Assembly (NCBI GenBank): GCA_004431415.1
Contig: QPMI01000648.1
Coordinates: 80,562 to 144,561 of the forward strand
Origin: Cyanophora paradoxa CCMP329
Taxonomy: Eukaryota; Plantae; Glaucophyta
Direction of reading: 5' to 3'
DNA length: 64,000 nt
Part shown: positions 12,358 to 24,978 of the stretch, one piece after another
Layout: each line of letters starts with the position of its first letter
How positions within the stretch are numbered: the stretch's first letter is position 1
The notes under the pieces: model-generated
Database searches by the model: none
What the model was told of the DNA's origin: nothing
Seen by the model: only the letters and a program-made list of their open reading frames with translations
Made by a program: the position numbers and the translations under genes

Positions 12358-15300
12358 CTACGCCTCGCCGCCGCCTTCGCCTCCGCCGTCCTCCTCGGGG
12401 AAGAGGCCGCCCTCGCCGAGGGGCGAGTCGGGGTCGCGCATGAGGGGGCCCAGGGAGCGCATGGAGAAGGCGAGCGGCAGCGGCTCCGGCGGCCCGTGCG
12501 GCGTCGCCACGCTCGGCAGCCTGCCGCGCGCCGGAAAGAAAAGAGCTCAGACGAGGCCGAGGCGGCGGAGCTTGGGCGGGGGGGTGGGGGGTGGGGGGGG
12601 GTGGGTGGGGGGGTGGGGGTGGGGGGGGTGGGGTGGGGGGTGGGGGGGTGGGGGGGGGGGGGGTGGCCGCCGCAGAAAGAAGAGGAATGAGATTTCGACG
12701 CTAAGAAGCCACTGGGCCAGATTCGCCAGGAGGGAAGAAGCTTAAGCCTTTAGGGGGCCGGGCGGCCGGGCGGGGGGGCGGACCGCTGGACGGAGGGGTC
12801 GCCGGCGCCGAGCTGCGCGAGGAGGCGCCGCAGGTGCGCCGAGAGCGACGTCCCCTCGTCCATCTGGCGGCGAGGGAGGGGCGTCGGGGGCGGCGAGAGG
12901 GGCAGGAGGAGGTTTGGGATGGGGCACCTTGGCGCCGCGGGCCTCGAGCTGCGAGGTGCGCTGGAAGCGCCGCACGCAGAGGAAGTCCTGCGCTCAGGTG
13001 AGCCTGCATCTGAGGGAAGGGAAGGGGCCGGGGCCGGGCCTTGGCGCTGTAGATGCGGACGGCGAGGCCGGTGCCCACGACCAGGATCCCCTCTGCCCCG
13101 GATGCCTGAGGCGAGAGCGCTCGGGCTCAGAAACAGAGCGGAGCGGAGCGGAGGGGGCCCGCGAAAGGCGGGGTCTGGGGGAGAGGGGAGGTCTATGAAA
13201 CGCTAACGATGTCAGGGTCTAGGTTGCAGAGGGATCGAGGGACTAGCGCTCGCCTGTATTGCGACGGAGCGGACGACGTGGGTGTGCCCCGCGATGTGGG
13301 CGAGGGGCGCCCCCGCCGCGTCCCACACCCGCACGCTCTTCTCCCAGCTCCCCGACGCCACCCGCGACCCGCCCTGAAAGAGGCGTGAGAGGGGGGGGGG
13401 GGGGGAAGGGGGGGGAGAAGGGAGAGAGGGGGTACCGGGGAGATCGCGACGGTCATGACGCGGTCCGTGTGGCCTCTGCGGCCGGCTTTAGGGCGGCCCC
13501 GGGCGGCCCCGGGGGAGGCGGGGCGGGGCTGGTTTGCGGGGCGGGCCTGAGGGCGTGGAGGACGGCGCCCGACTCGCCGTCGAGGACCCACACGACGCCG
13601 TCGCGGTCCCCCGCAGCCAGTCGCGCCCCGTCCTGCAGCAAGCGAGAGAGGCTTGAGGGGGGAAGGAAGGCAGGGTGAGGAGGGGGGGGCGCCGGGCGCG
13701 CCTCGGACATGGCGACGGATGTGACCTGCCCGGCGCAGTTGCACGTCAGAAGAGAGAGGAAGGGCTAAGATCAGTTGGAGGCGAGCTCGGCTTGGTCAGC
13801 GGACCTGGCCGACCTTGTCCCGCACGGCGAGCACCTCCTTGCTCTTCTCCACCGACCACACCCGCACCTGGGAGGAAGAACGAAGTTACGTTCATCGCCG
13901 AGGCGCGGCCGCCCTCGGCTTGTTTGTTCGGGGCGGGGCGGGGCGCACGGTGGAGTCGTAGGAGCCGGAGGCGACGCGGGCGCCGCTCGCCGAGCACGCC
14001 ACCGCCGTCACGATGTCCTTGTGCCCGTGGAACTGCGCGGTCGGGGGCGGGAGGCGGGGCGGGCTCGAGGTCGGCGGCGGGGCAGGAGAGGGCGAGAGGC
14101 GAGGCTAGAGGCGAGGCCAGAAGCGATGCTAGGCTAGGAGCGATGGTAGGCTGTGCTAGAGGCGAGGCTAGAGGTCAGGCCGGGAGGCCGACACAGCCTC
14201 CTGGCCCCCAATCCCCAACCCTGGGTCCCCTCCCCCCTCCTTCTGAGCGGACCTGGGCGTGGAGGGCGCCGCGCTCGGCGTCCCAGACGATGATGCTCCG
14301 GTCCTTGCTCCCCGACGCCACCCACCGCCCGTCCTGCGGGGGAGGGGGGGGGAGGTCAGGTGGGGGGGGGGGGGGGGGGGGGGGGAGGGGGGGGCACCGC
14401 CGAGATGGCGACGGAGGTGACCTGCGCAGGCGCGGCGGCGATAGGGCGTCATGGGGAGCTGAGAGTTTGAGGCGGATCCAACAGAGCGCGGAGGACTCAT
14501 CGGAGATCTAGAGGGGGAGGGCGGGCTTCGAGGAAGATCTAGGAAGATCTCAAACTGAGATCAGATATAGAGATCTAGAGGGGGGCACGGGCGGGCCTGG
14601 GCGGCGTGGCCGCGCATCTCGCGCTGCTCCGTGCCCGTCTCCGAGCTCCACACCCGAACCTGAGAAGGGGGGTGGGAGGGGTAAGAGGGGGGAGGAGAGC
14701 GGCGGGGGGTACGGCACCCACCGAGCGGTCGGAGCTGCCCGAGGCGATGCGGGAGCCGTCCTGCCGCGCCCCCGAAACTCAAATGAACGCTGAACTATGA
14801 CGCTGTGCAAAGGCTGGGGCGGGGGCGCGCACGGCGGAGACGGCGACGGACTGGATGCGGGAGACGTGCCCGCGCAGCTGCAGCAGCTCCGCCCCGCACT
14901 CCGCGTCCCACACCCGCACCTGCCGTGCCCGGGCCCGGGCCCCAAGGCGCCTCAGACCCCTCGCTCTTGTTCGCCTCGGCGGGGCGGCGCGCACGGACTC
15001 GTCGGAGGCGGCGGAGACGATGCGGCGGCGGTCCGCCGAGACCGCCACCTGCGCGACGGAGGATTCAGAGGGGCGGATCGATCGAAAGGAAAGGGGTGCG
15101 GTGGAAGGGACGGCCGCCTCGGGCTCTAGGCGGCGGGTCAGGGCTAGAGCGGAGGGTTCTCTAGATCCCTAGCTCTGGGAGGACGGCGGGTCGGGAAAGG
15201 GCGGGAGGGAGGGCGGCGGTTCCTAGACGCCAGGCCCCCTAGCTCCCAACGAGGGGGCCGGGGGGGCGGACGGAAGGGATGGCCGCCTCGGGCTCTAGGT

Positions 15301-18300
15301 GGTGGATCAGGCTAGGTATAGCGGAGGGCTCTCTAGATCCCCAGCTCGAGGGGGCCGGCGGGTCGGGGCGGACGGCGGTGATGAAGCCGGTGTGGCCGGC
15401 GAGCTGCTGCAGGTCCCCCATCGAGTCCTGCGGGAGGCAAGAAGTTAGAGGAAGGGGGGTAGAGGTACATGGGAGAGGGAGGGGAGGGGGGCGGACGAGG
15501 TCCCAGACGCGGACGGAGTTGTCGACGCTGCTCGACACGATCCGCTTCAGGTCCTGCGGGGCTGTTAGGGGCTGGAAAGAAGGCGGAGGAGGGCGGCGGG
15601 GGGCGGGGGCGGGCCCCGGAGGCGGCGACGGCGGTGACGAAGGTCGTGTGCCCCACAAGCTGCTGCACCTGCGCGCCGCGGCGGGGCGGAGAGGAAGGGG
15701 AGAGCGGGTTCGCTGTCAGAGGCAGCTTTATATAGCCCGGAAGGGTACAGGGGGGAGGCGGCCGACCTCGGTGCCGGACTCGACGTCGAAGACGAGGATG
15801 GACTTGTCGGCGCTCCCGCTCACCACCCGCCGCCCGTCCTGCCGGAAAAACGTTGGGGCGGGAACGGCGGGGCGGAGGCGGGGGCGGCGGCGGTGGGGTC
15901 AAACTAAGCCAAGCTAAGCTTATCTAAGGGGGGGGCTAAGCTAATCCCAGCTAAGGGAGGGGTGCGGGGGCGGGAGCGGACGGCGGAGAAGAGGACGGAG
16001 GCGACGGCCGCCGTGTGGCCCTGCGCCCCCGCCCCGCCCCGTCAGCGCCCCCGGCCTCGCCCACTCCTGCCCGCAGCGCCCACGTCTAGTTCCGTCTAGC
16101 GCGCCCCTCTTATTCTTCGCCTTTGGACGTCGCCTCTATCCCGCAGGGCCCTTGGAGTGGAGTGGCGGACCTGGAGCTCCTGGAGCTCGCTGCCGGACTC
16201 GGCGTCGTAGACGCGGGTCACCTTGTCCCGGCACCCCGCCGCCACCCGCGCCCCGTCCTGCCGCCCCCGTCAGAACGGAGCGGAGCGGGAGGGACGATCG
16301 AGTGGGCGGACCGGGGAGAGGGCGAGGGCGGTGACGGTGAGCTCGCGGAGCTGGAGCCGCAGCCGCTCCGCCCGCTTCTCCACGTCCCACACCCGCAGCA
16401 CCTGCGTGCGCCGCCCCGGCTCGGCCCCAGCTCGGCCAGACTTGCTAGCCTCCCGCAGGGCCCGCCCGCCCGCCCGCGTCCCGGGTGGACCTTCTCGTCG
16501 CTCGCGAAGAGCACCCGCTCGCCGTCCTGCGCGGGGGGCGCCAGCTTAGCTTGGGAGGGAAGCGGGGGCGGGCGAGGGGGCGGGCGGACGGCGGAGATGG
16601 CGACGTGCTTCACCTGCGTCGAGTGCTTCGCCATCTGCGGGGGCCGGGCCGGGGTGAGCGGGGTGAGCGGGGCGGCGGGTCGGCGCCCTCTCGTCTAGTT
16701 ATAACTCTAATATGATTCACGGGTCTTGGGGCGCGCCTGCATGATCTCGGCGCCGGACTCGGCGTCCCAGACGCGCACGGCGCAGTCGTCCCCGCCCGAC
16801 ACCACCCGCCGCCCGTCCTGCCAACGAGAGTGAGCCGCGCCAGAAGAAGAAGAAGAAGAAGACGGAAGGAAGCCAAGGAGGCGGGGAAGAAGAAGAAGAA
16901 GGGGCGGTGCCCGGCCGGCCGGCACGGCGGAAAAGACCCGCCCATAACTTCCAAAGTGGGAAACGGCAAGAAGAAGGGGCGCGGGCGCGGGCGGGGGCGC
17001 GGGCGCGGGCGGGGGCGCGGGGGCGGGGGCGCGGACCGCGGAGACGGCGACGCCGGAGACGGCCTCCGCGTGCCCCGCAAGCTGCCCCACCTGCGCCCGC
17101 GCCCGGCCCCGCAGCTTGAGCAGAGGAGAGGAGAGGAGAGAGGAGAGGAGCGGCTTCTTCGTGGGCACCTGCGCGCCCGTCTCGCCGTCCCTGAGAGAGC
17201 GCGGCTCGGCGTGAGAATGGATGTGATGGATGGGATGGGATGGGAGGAGGCTGAGGGGGGCGCGCCATATCCGGACGGTCTTGTCGAGGCTCCCCGAGAC
17301 CACGCGGCGCCCGTCCTGCCGAGCCGGGCGGGTCAGCGCGGGCAGGCGGCCCAGGCCGGGCGGGGCGGGGCGCGCCGCGGAGAAGGCGAGGGCGGTGACG
17401 GGGGCCGCGTGGCCCCCCATCTCCACCACCTTCGTCCCCGTGTCCCCGTCCCTGCGCCGGGCCGGCGTCAGGGATAGATGACCGACAGATTATTAGGAGT
17501 AGGGGCTTCGTTAGATTAGTTAGTTAGATAGATAGATAGGTTGGATTGGTTATTGGAGGGGTGCAGGCGCGCCACATCCAGACGGTGCAGGCGTCGCCGG
17601 CGGCCACGATGCGCTTCCCGTCCGACGAGGCGGCGACGCCCGAGACCTGCCCCCCGGCCCCGCCCCGTGAGCCGAGCCGAGCCAAGCCGAGCTACGCCGA
17701 GCGGAGCTTGAGTTCTCAGATTTCAGATTCCGAGGTTCGCTGCTAGATGAGACGACCGGGGCGGGGCGGGGCGGGGCCAAGCTAAGCAGGTGCTCTTAGC
17801 TAAATTCGCTGCTAGATGAGACGGGCGGGGCGGGGCAGGGGGATACGCTGAGCTGAGCTTTAGTTCTTAGATTCGCTGTTCGATCAGAGGGGCGGGGCGG
17901 GGCGGGGGCTCACGGAGGATCCGGGGGAGACGAGGGCGGGGCGGGAGTTGGTGCGGCACCCGTCCAGCCGCGCCCCCCGCAGGTCCGCCCCCGACAGGCA
18001 CGCCTCCTGCCCCCGCCCGCCCGCCCCGTCAAGCCTCGAATTCGATTCGAGGCGGTTTCCCAGCTCGCAGCGGGCGCCGTTAAGGAGAACAGAGCGCCTC
18101 GACAGGTCACTCCCATTAAACCCTCTTAACGCAAAGCTTTGAAGGGACCGTGAAGCTCTAGACCCGGGGCGGACCTGGAGGGAGCAGGCGCGGAGGTCGG
18201 CGCGGCGGAGGTCGGCCCCCGCCGCCTCGAGGCGCCACAGGTTCGCCCCCGCCAGGCGCGCCCCGGAGAGGTCCCGCCCCGCCATCGACACGTGCGCTGC

Positions 18301-21300
18301 GCCGCGGCGGTCAGGAAGGAAAGGAAGCAGAAAGAGGCCTAGGCTCTAGGCTCTAGAAAGAGACTTTGTTCGTGCGGGGGCGGGGGCGGGCGCGCCGGCG
18401 ACGAGGACGGTGGCGGCGTTGGCGGCGGCGAGGACGGCCGGGGAGCCGTCGGCGACGCCCTCCGCGCGGCTCGCCTCCACCAGCCCGAACAGCGCCTGCC
18501 GAGACGAAGAAGAGGAGGAGGTCAGAGGGAGAGCTCGAGCCGGAGGAGGGGGGGCCTCGAGATCTAAGACGACCTAGCAGACGATCTAGCATTTAAGATT
18601 TAAGACCTACGATCCAGCAGCAGCAGAACGTCGAGCGGGCGGTGGCTACGATCTAGGTGTAAGATCTAAGACGATCTAGCAGCAGAACATCGAGCGGGGC
18701 GGGGCGGGGCGGGGCGGGTGCGGGCCTGGGCGAGGTGGGACTCGGGCTCGTTCTGGGCGGCGTCCGCCAGGAACCGCACCAGCGTCGCCTCCCCCGACAG
18801 GGGCCTGCCCGAGGGGGAGATAAGAGAGGGAGAGGGAGGGGGGAGAGGAATGGGGAGGGGCGCAGGGGGCGTTAGTTATCCTCGGCTTCAGCCGAGTGGG
18901 GGGGAGAATTAAGGGCGGCGGCGGAGGGGCGGGGGACGGGCCTGGTGGCGAGGTCGATGTGCTCGCAGGGGTCCCGCCCCTCCCCCGCCTCCTCCTCCCC
19001 CGTCACCTGCCCCCGCGCGACCCGTCAGCACTCGGACGCCGCTGGGAGTGGTTGCGGGGACCCGACGCCGAGCCCTCTTCCCCGCTCTTACATTCTACCC
19101 GAGCGGGGCGGGGGCGGGGCGGGGCGGGGGCGGACGGCGGCGAGGATGGCCTCTGCGGCGAGGAACTCGAGGAGGGTCTTGTGCACGAAGGCGAACCCCA
19201 GCGCCTCCCCCGCACGCCACCGCCGCAGCGGGCAGCTGCGCCCGCACCGAAAGCCCCGCTCAGCTTCTTCTTCCATCTATCTATCTTCCTCTGCCTCGCT
19301 CGCCTGTTGCGGACGAAGAGGAGCTCGCCGTCGTCCAGCAGCCGCTCGCACGCCCGCTGCTCCGCCGAGGCCCCCGCCCTCTGCGAGGCGCACGGGGGGC
19401 CGGTTACATTGGTCGGAGGAAGTTTCTTTGTAGAGGACCGGGGGAGCAGGCCTTGGCCTGCTTGGCCTTGCCCGTCTGGACGGAGACCTGGCTGGTTCCC
19501 ATCTGGAAGCGAAGGTTAACGTGAGACTGGGGGTACAGCGCGACAATGAGAATGAGAAAAGGGGTACGCGAAAGAGGAGGACGGCGAGGCGCCTGCAGAG
19601 GTCCATCCCCGCCTCCACGAGCCCCTCCTCGTCCCCCGCCCACGCTGCCCGCCCGGGGTACGCGATTAAAAGCTTGGGAGAGGGGGGGAGGGGAGGAGGC
19701 GAGGGCGGGGGGAGGGAAGGGCGCACCGGCAGCGCCCTTGAGACGGTTGCCGCGCCACAGCTCGCGCCTGGGGGCGGGGCGCGGAGCCAAGTCAGAACAG
19801 GGCGGGTGGGTCTCGGGCTCAGGTGATCGGTCACCTGAGCCAGTCCTCCACAAAGGCGCGGTAGAGGGCGCGGGGCCCCAGCCCGCGGCCCTCTCCCCTG
19901 CGGGTCGGGGCCGGGTCAAGATAGGGCTGGCCCAGTCTTCTGCTCTCCGGAGGGGAAGGGGGTCGCACCGGCCCTCGCCGACGGCCTCGGCGGCGCGCTG
20001 CGGGAGGACGCGCGCCAGCATCGAGAGCGTGAACGGGTTCTCCACCAGGCTGCCCGGAGAAGCGAGGGGTGTCAGAGCGTCTAAGGTAAAGGAGGGCGGG
20101 CTGAGGGGCGGGGCGGGGCGGGCCTGGCGAGGCCCGGGGTGCGGCGGAGCTCGGCGGCGTAGCGCTCGAAGGACCAGGCGTCGCCGTCCCGCGCGTGCTG
20201 CAGTGCGTACTTCCCCAGGTACTGCCCCCGCAGAGGAGTCAACCTAGGTCCCGTCTTGATGGAGGGGAGGGGGCGGGGCGGCGGACCTCCTCCACTTGGA
20301 AGCGGTTGAAGGGCCGCGTCGCCAGCTGCGAACGAAGTCACCACACCCGACGAGGTCCGACCGAAGCGCGCCGCACGTACCTGGCGGAGCTTGGAGACCT
20401 CGAACTGGCCTCCCTCCACCGGCGCGAACGTCCTCTGCTTAGGCGGCTCAGACGAGGCTCAGATGGGGGAGGGGGGAGGGGGGGAGGGGCCCGCCTCGGG
20501 CCGCTTGGTGGGAAGCGACGCAAGGTACTCGGTCCTGGGTACGGATTCAGCTGGCAGGCTCCTGGGGGGGAGAAAGGGGGGTACGCGCCGGCAGGAGATG
20601 ATGACGGCGCTGGCGAAATCGCCGATGCCATTGGAATCCCACAGGTTGCCGGTCTCGCCCGTCTCGTCGTACCCGTCCAGAAGCAGCACGAGCCCCATCC
20701 TGGGGGCCCTTCAGGGGTACAGCGGATGGTGGTCGCGTGGGGTACGCCGCACCGGCGGCGGACGTCCGCGAGGGCCTCTGGGGCCAGCCCGAGGCGCGCG
20801 GCGACCGCCTGCGGGGGATATGCGCAGTCAGAGCGGCTGAGCGCCGCGGGGGAGGGGGGTACAGGGACGGCTCGCCTGGCGGACGGCCTTGCGTACCCCC
20901 CCGGGGGCGTCCGCGAGCTCGGGGAGGGGTACGAGGACCGTCGCGGGGAGCTGGCCTGAGGGATCCGCCGCCCCGCCCCGCACCTGGGCCGCCCCCGCGC
21001 TCAGAAAGAAAAAAGGCGAAAAAAGAAAGAGAGCAGAGGGGGCGCGCCCACTGGTGGCAGACGCGGCGGTGCGCGAAGCGGAGGAACGTGCTCTTCGAGG
21101 TGCCCTGACGCCGTCCGTACCCCCCCGTAAGGGGGGAAGAGAAGGGGGAGGGAGGGAGAGGGGGGGGTACGGGCGCACGGCGTCGCCGAGGAGGAGGAGG
21201 GCGCGGTGGCGGGCGGCGCGGGCGAGGTCCGCCCCGGCGCCGGCCTCGGGGGGCGCCGCCGGGGCCGCGAACTGCCGCAGGAACGCCGTCGCCTGCGAAG

Positions 21301-24300
21301 ACGCCTTTGAAAACAAGGAAGGGAAGGGAAGGGAAGGGAGGGGGCGGGCCTCGGCGTCGAGGTCGAGGGCCTCGCGGCGGGCGGGGTCGGTGGCGGTCGG
21401 GGGCACGTAGAGGGCGAGCCCCGCCGTCAGGTCGTCCCGCTCCAGCTCCGCCCGCCCGTACTGCGCGCGAGCAGCACCGCGTGAGGTCTCTTGCGGCACG
21501 CCACGACGGCGTTCTGGCGTGGGAGGGGGCGGGGGCGGACCTTGGCGAGGGCCGCCAGCAGCGGGTCGTTCGCCGCCGACGCCTCGTGGCTCTGCGAGGG
21601 GGCGGGGCGGGGCGGGGCGAGGCGGCGGGCGGGGCGGGCGTCAGGGGCAGCTCTTCGGCGGGGCGCGGGGCCTGCGGCTCGGGGGACGGGACGGGGCGGG
21701 GCGGGGGCGCGCCAGGGCGATGGGGTCGGGGGCCGAGGGGCCGCCGTCCGCCAGCCGCGCGTCCGTCTGCGAACGAAGTGAGGGGGGGAGGGGGGGGGCG
21801 GGGGACGAGGGCGCGGGAGCGAGCTACGCAAGCTATGCAAGCTATGCTACGCAAGCTATGCAAGCTGGGCGAAGCCGACATTGGGGTCTTGGCGAGGCTG
21901 AGAGCCGAGGGGGGAGCGATGGTGCGGGAGCAAGCTAAGAGCGGAAAACTGAGCCTCGCAAGCTATGCAACCCGGACCTGGGGGTCGTCGATGCGGAAGG
22001 CGATGTCCTCGGCCGCCCGCGCCGCCTCCCGCCCGTGCGCCTTCCGGAGGGGGGGCGCCGGCGAGGTGAGGGGCGGGCGGGGCGGGGCGGGGGGAACGAG
22101 GCTAGGAGCCCGGGAGCCCAGAGGCAAGAGCCTAGGGTGCGAGGACGGGGGCCTAGAGGCAGGCGAGAGCCTAGGGTCCGGGCGGGTCGGGCGGGGGCGC
22201 ACGTCGCAGGCGGGGAAGCGGCGGAGGCGCATGGCGAGGGCCTCGCTCGCGTGCGGCGTCACGCCCTCCCGCGGCTCGCAGTACGCCACCACGATCGCCT
22301 GCGAACGAAGTGAGGGGGAGGGGGGGGCATGGCGGCCCGGGGTACAGGAGCGGACCTTCTCGAGGTCGTAGGCGTAGCTGAACTCCTCCCCGCAGTACTG
22401 CGACACCACCGACCTGCCCCCGCGCCGGGTCAGGGGGAGGGGGAGGGGGGGGGGGGGGGGGGGGGGGGGGAGCAGAGCGTACTTGGAGGACGCGAAGAAG
22501 ACGAGGTGCGTGCAGTTCCGCACGGCCCGCGCCACTGCCCGGGGCGCGGGGCGCGGGGTCAGGGGGGCTAGGGAGGGGAGGTAGTGGAAGGGTAGGGGGG
22601 GCCCACCCTCGTCGACCCAGCGCATGCCTGGGATGGGGGGGATGGTTAGAGTTAAGAGTGGAGATGGGAGGGGGAGAAGGGCTGGGAGGGGTACCGGCGG
22701 CGATCTGCATCTCGTCGAACCTGTGGCGATTCGATCGGCGGGTTTTTCCGGAGGGCGGGGGGAGGAAGGGCGGGGGGTACCAGCACGAGACGCCCCGAGC
22801 CTCGAGCGCCTCTTTGATGGGGCGGACGATCGCACCGTTCGCGTGCGCGTACGAGACGAACACGCGGACCTGAACACTCGAGGTTCGAATCTGGGGATAA
22901 AACAGAAACGGAAAAAATAGGGAGGGGGGGTACCGCGGGGGCGTCTGCGGGGAGCTCGCCGCGGGCCCAGTTGGGGGCCGCCGCGTCCCGAGAGACCGCC
23001 GCCTGCGACCGAAGGCCCTCAGGCGCGGCGGGCGCGGCGCTCCGCTGTCCGTGCCCCCGCGCGGCTCTGCTTCCCCCCCCCCCTCCACTTCGCGTGTACC
23101 CCGGGGCACCTTCTCCCAGGTGACCTTGCGGCGGACCTCGGACCAGCTCCCCGCCGCGCGCTCCCGCCGCGCGATGCGCTGCAGCGCCTCCGCGAACGAC
23201 TCCAGCCGCCCGTCGTACCCGGGATCCCCCTCCGCCCCCAGCGGCCACGTCCACTGCGCAGAATTGATCCGAGGTCAGATTCGATCCGAGATTTGATCCA
23301 GGTCAGATTTGATCCGACCTGGAACTGGCGGAGGCGCATGTCGAGGCCGAGGGGGAAGGCGGCGACGGCCTCGGCGGGGTCCTCCACGAAGAGCGGGCAC
23401 ACGTCCCGCCCCGAGTCGATCGCTGCCGTCCAGTCAGGCCCGACCAGTCAGGCTTCCAAAGCTTCTCCAAAGCTTCTATGCTTCTAGGTCTCTAGGCTTC
23501 TAAGCTTGTTCTAAGCAGTCAGGTCCGAAGCGGCGGCATGGGGACCCCCTTTGCTCCAAGGCTTCTAAGGCTTCTAAGTTCTAAGGCTATTGGGCTTCTT
23601 CTAAGCTTCTAAGCTTCAAAGCTTCTTCTTCTGAGCTCGCGGGTGCACCGTCGTTGAGGGCGGCGAGGGAGCGCGCGTCGGCGGCCGAGGCGCGTGACGT
23701 CACGAAGACGAAGGCCCGGCAGCCGCACCCCGCCTCCCCCGCCCCCGTGCCCGGGCCCGGGCCCGGGCCCCCCTCACACGCTCCGCCCCCGTCCCCGCTG
23801 GGCGCGAGGGTAAGGGAAGCGGAGGGGAGGGGGAGCGGGAGAGGGGTACCAGATGTCGAAGGCGTAGTCGTCGCGGAGGTCCGTCAGGACGTGCCCTAGC
23901 CGCTCGAGGTCCCCGGGGGTACCGCAAACGTGCACCCGCAGCCGCCGGCGTCTCCGGGGGGCGCCCGCCTCGTCCACTGCGGGGGGGCGGGCGGGCGGGC
24001 GTGGGCGGGGCGCGCGGGGCCGCAGGCGGGGCGGGCGCGGCGCACCCGACACGACCGAGCCGCGATGCGAGAGGGCGTGGGATACGCCCTGCGGGGCCTC
24101 TGGCTGCTCGCCGTGCGGCGAGCCGTGCATGGGCGGCGGCTCCGCCGGGACGAGCAAGGGCGCCGGCGGCGCCTTTCCGTTCTTGCCCTTCGAGCCCTCA
24201 GGGGCGGACGCTACGGTCGGGCCGGGTTTCTGTGGCTCTTCGGCGGCCCTGGAGGCGGGCCGGACGGCCGGCGACGGCAGCGCCGGGGGCGCAGGGCCGG

Positions 24301-24355
24301 GCCGCAGCTCGACCCGGACTTCCTCGTGGCCTGCGGCGCGTCGGACGGAGCGCAT
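12358..24355 (-). CDS. NLR-like STAND protein: TIR-like + TIR + NACHT NTPase + pentapeptide repeats + WD40 repeats (many exons)
   Basis: TIR: VFVSYAHAN..IKEALEARGVSCW-FDEMQI..CTHLVFFASSKY-SVVSQYCGEEF. Walker A LLLGDA|GTSKST, Walker B LLLLDGYDE, NPFTL, FAFVHKTLLEFLAA. Pentapeptide ARLAGANLWRLEAAGADLRRADL. Many GH..V.AVA.S|DGRRVVSG..D..VR|VWD repeats. TAG at 12358-12360. Confidence 0.85.
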
Positions 24356-24978
24356 GGACGCCCCGCGAGAGGGAGCGCCGCACCATGGACGACCTGGCCC
24401 GGCGGATGCGGCGCCGGCGGGGGCGCTCCCGGGTTGGAGCCGTGCCGTTCCCCAACCGTCCGCGGCGCGGACGGGACGCAGCCCCTGCACACCACCAAGT
24501 CAGTCGCAAATCTTAGCTAAGGAAGCTTCAGCTTCTTCACGTTCAATCGACGCGGGCGCGGAACGCACATGGAGGGCGTTTAGCGGCTGCGCGATTGCCG
24601 CAAATCGGACAGGCTCTGAATGGCTTGAATTGGCTTCGGACGTAGCCGTGGACCTAAAGGAGCCCCGAGCGCCGTCGGCGTCAGATTGTGCGCCAGGACC
24701 TTTCTTCAGCGAGACACGCCTGTACCCCACTGAGTTCTCATCCCCCCTGCAGTCTGGAGCTCGCGCGTGGTCAACGTTGGCCGTCACTGACTCGGCCGCC
24801 TTCCAGAGCAGTAGCGGCGGCGAAACTGAGCATCCGAACCGAAATCCCCGTGTGTTCGTAGCTTGTTCGTAGCTCGCGAGGACCGGTTGGAGCTTTCGCC
24901 GCGGGCCGACCACAAGCTCGAAAAGACGAGCCGTAGCTTCCCCGTTCATCTGCGCAGCTCGAGCCCCAGCCGCCGAAG

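Noticed and set aside
5503-22470. Long poly-G tracts (about 5503, 12577, 14341, 22432) as functional G-quadruplexes
   Set aside because: They are intronic C-rich tracts on the sense strand, common throughout this genome, and their lengths are unreliable.
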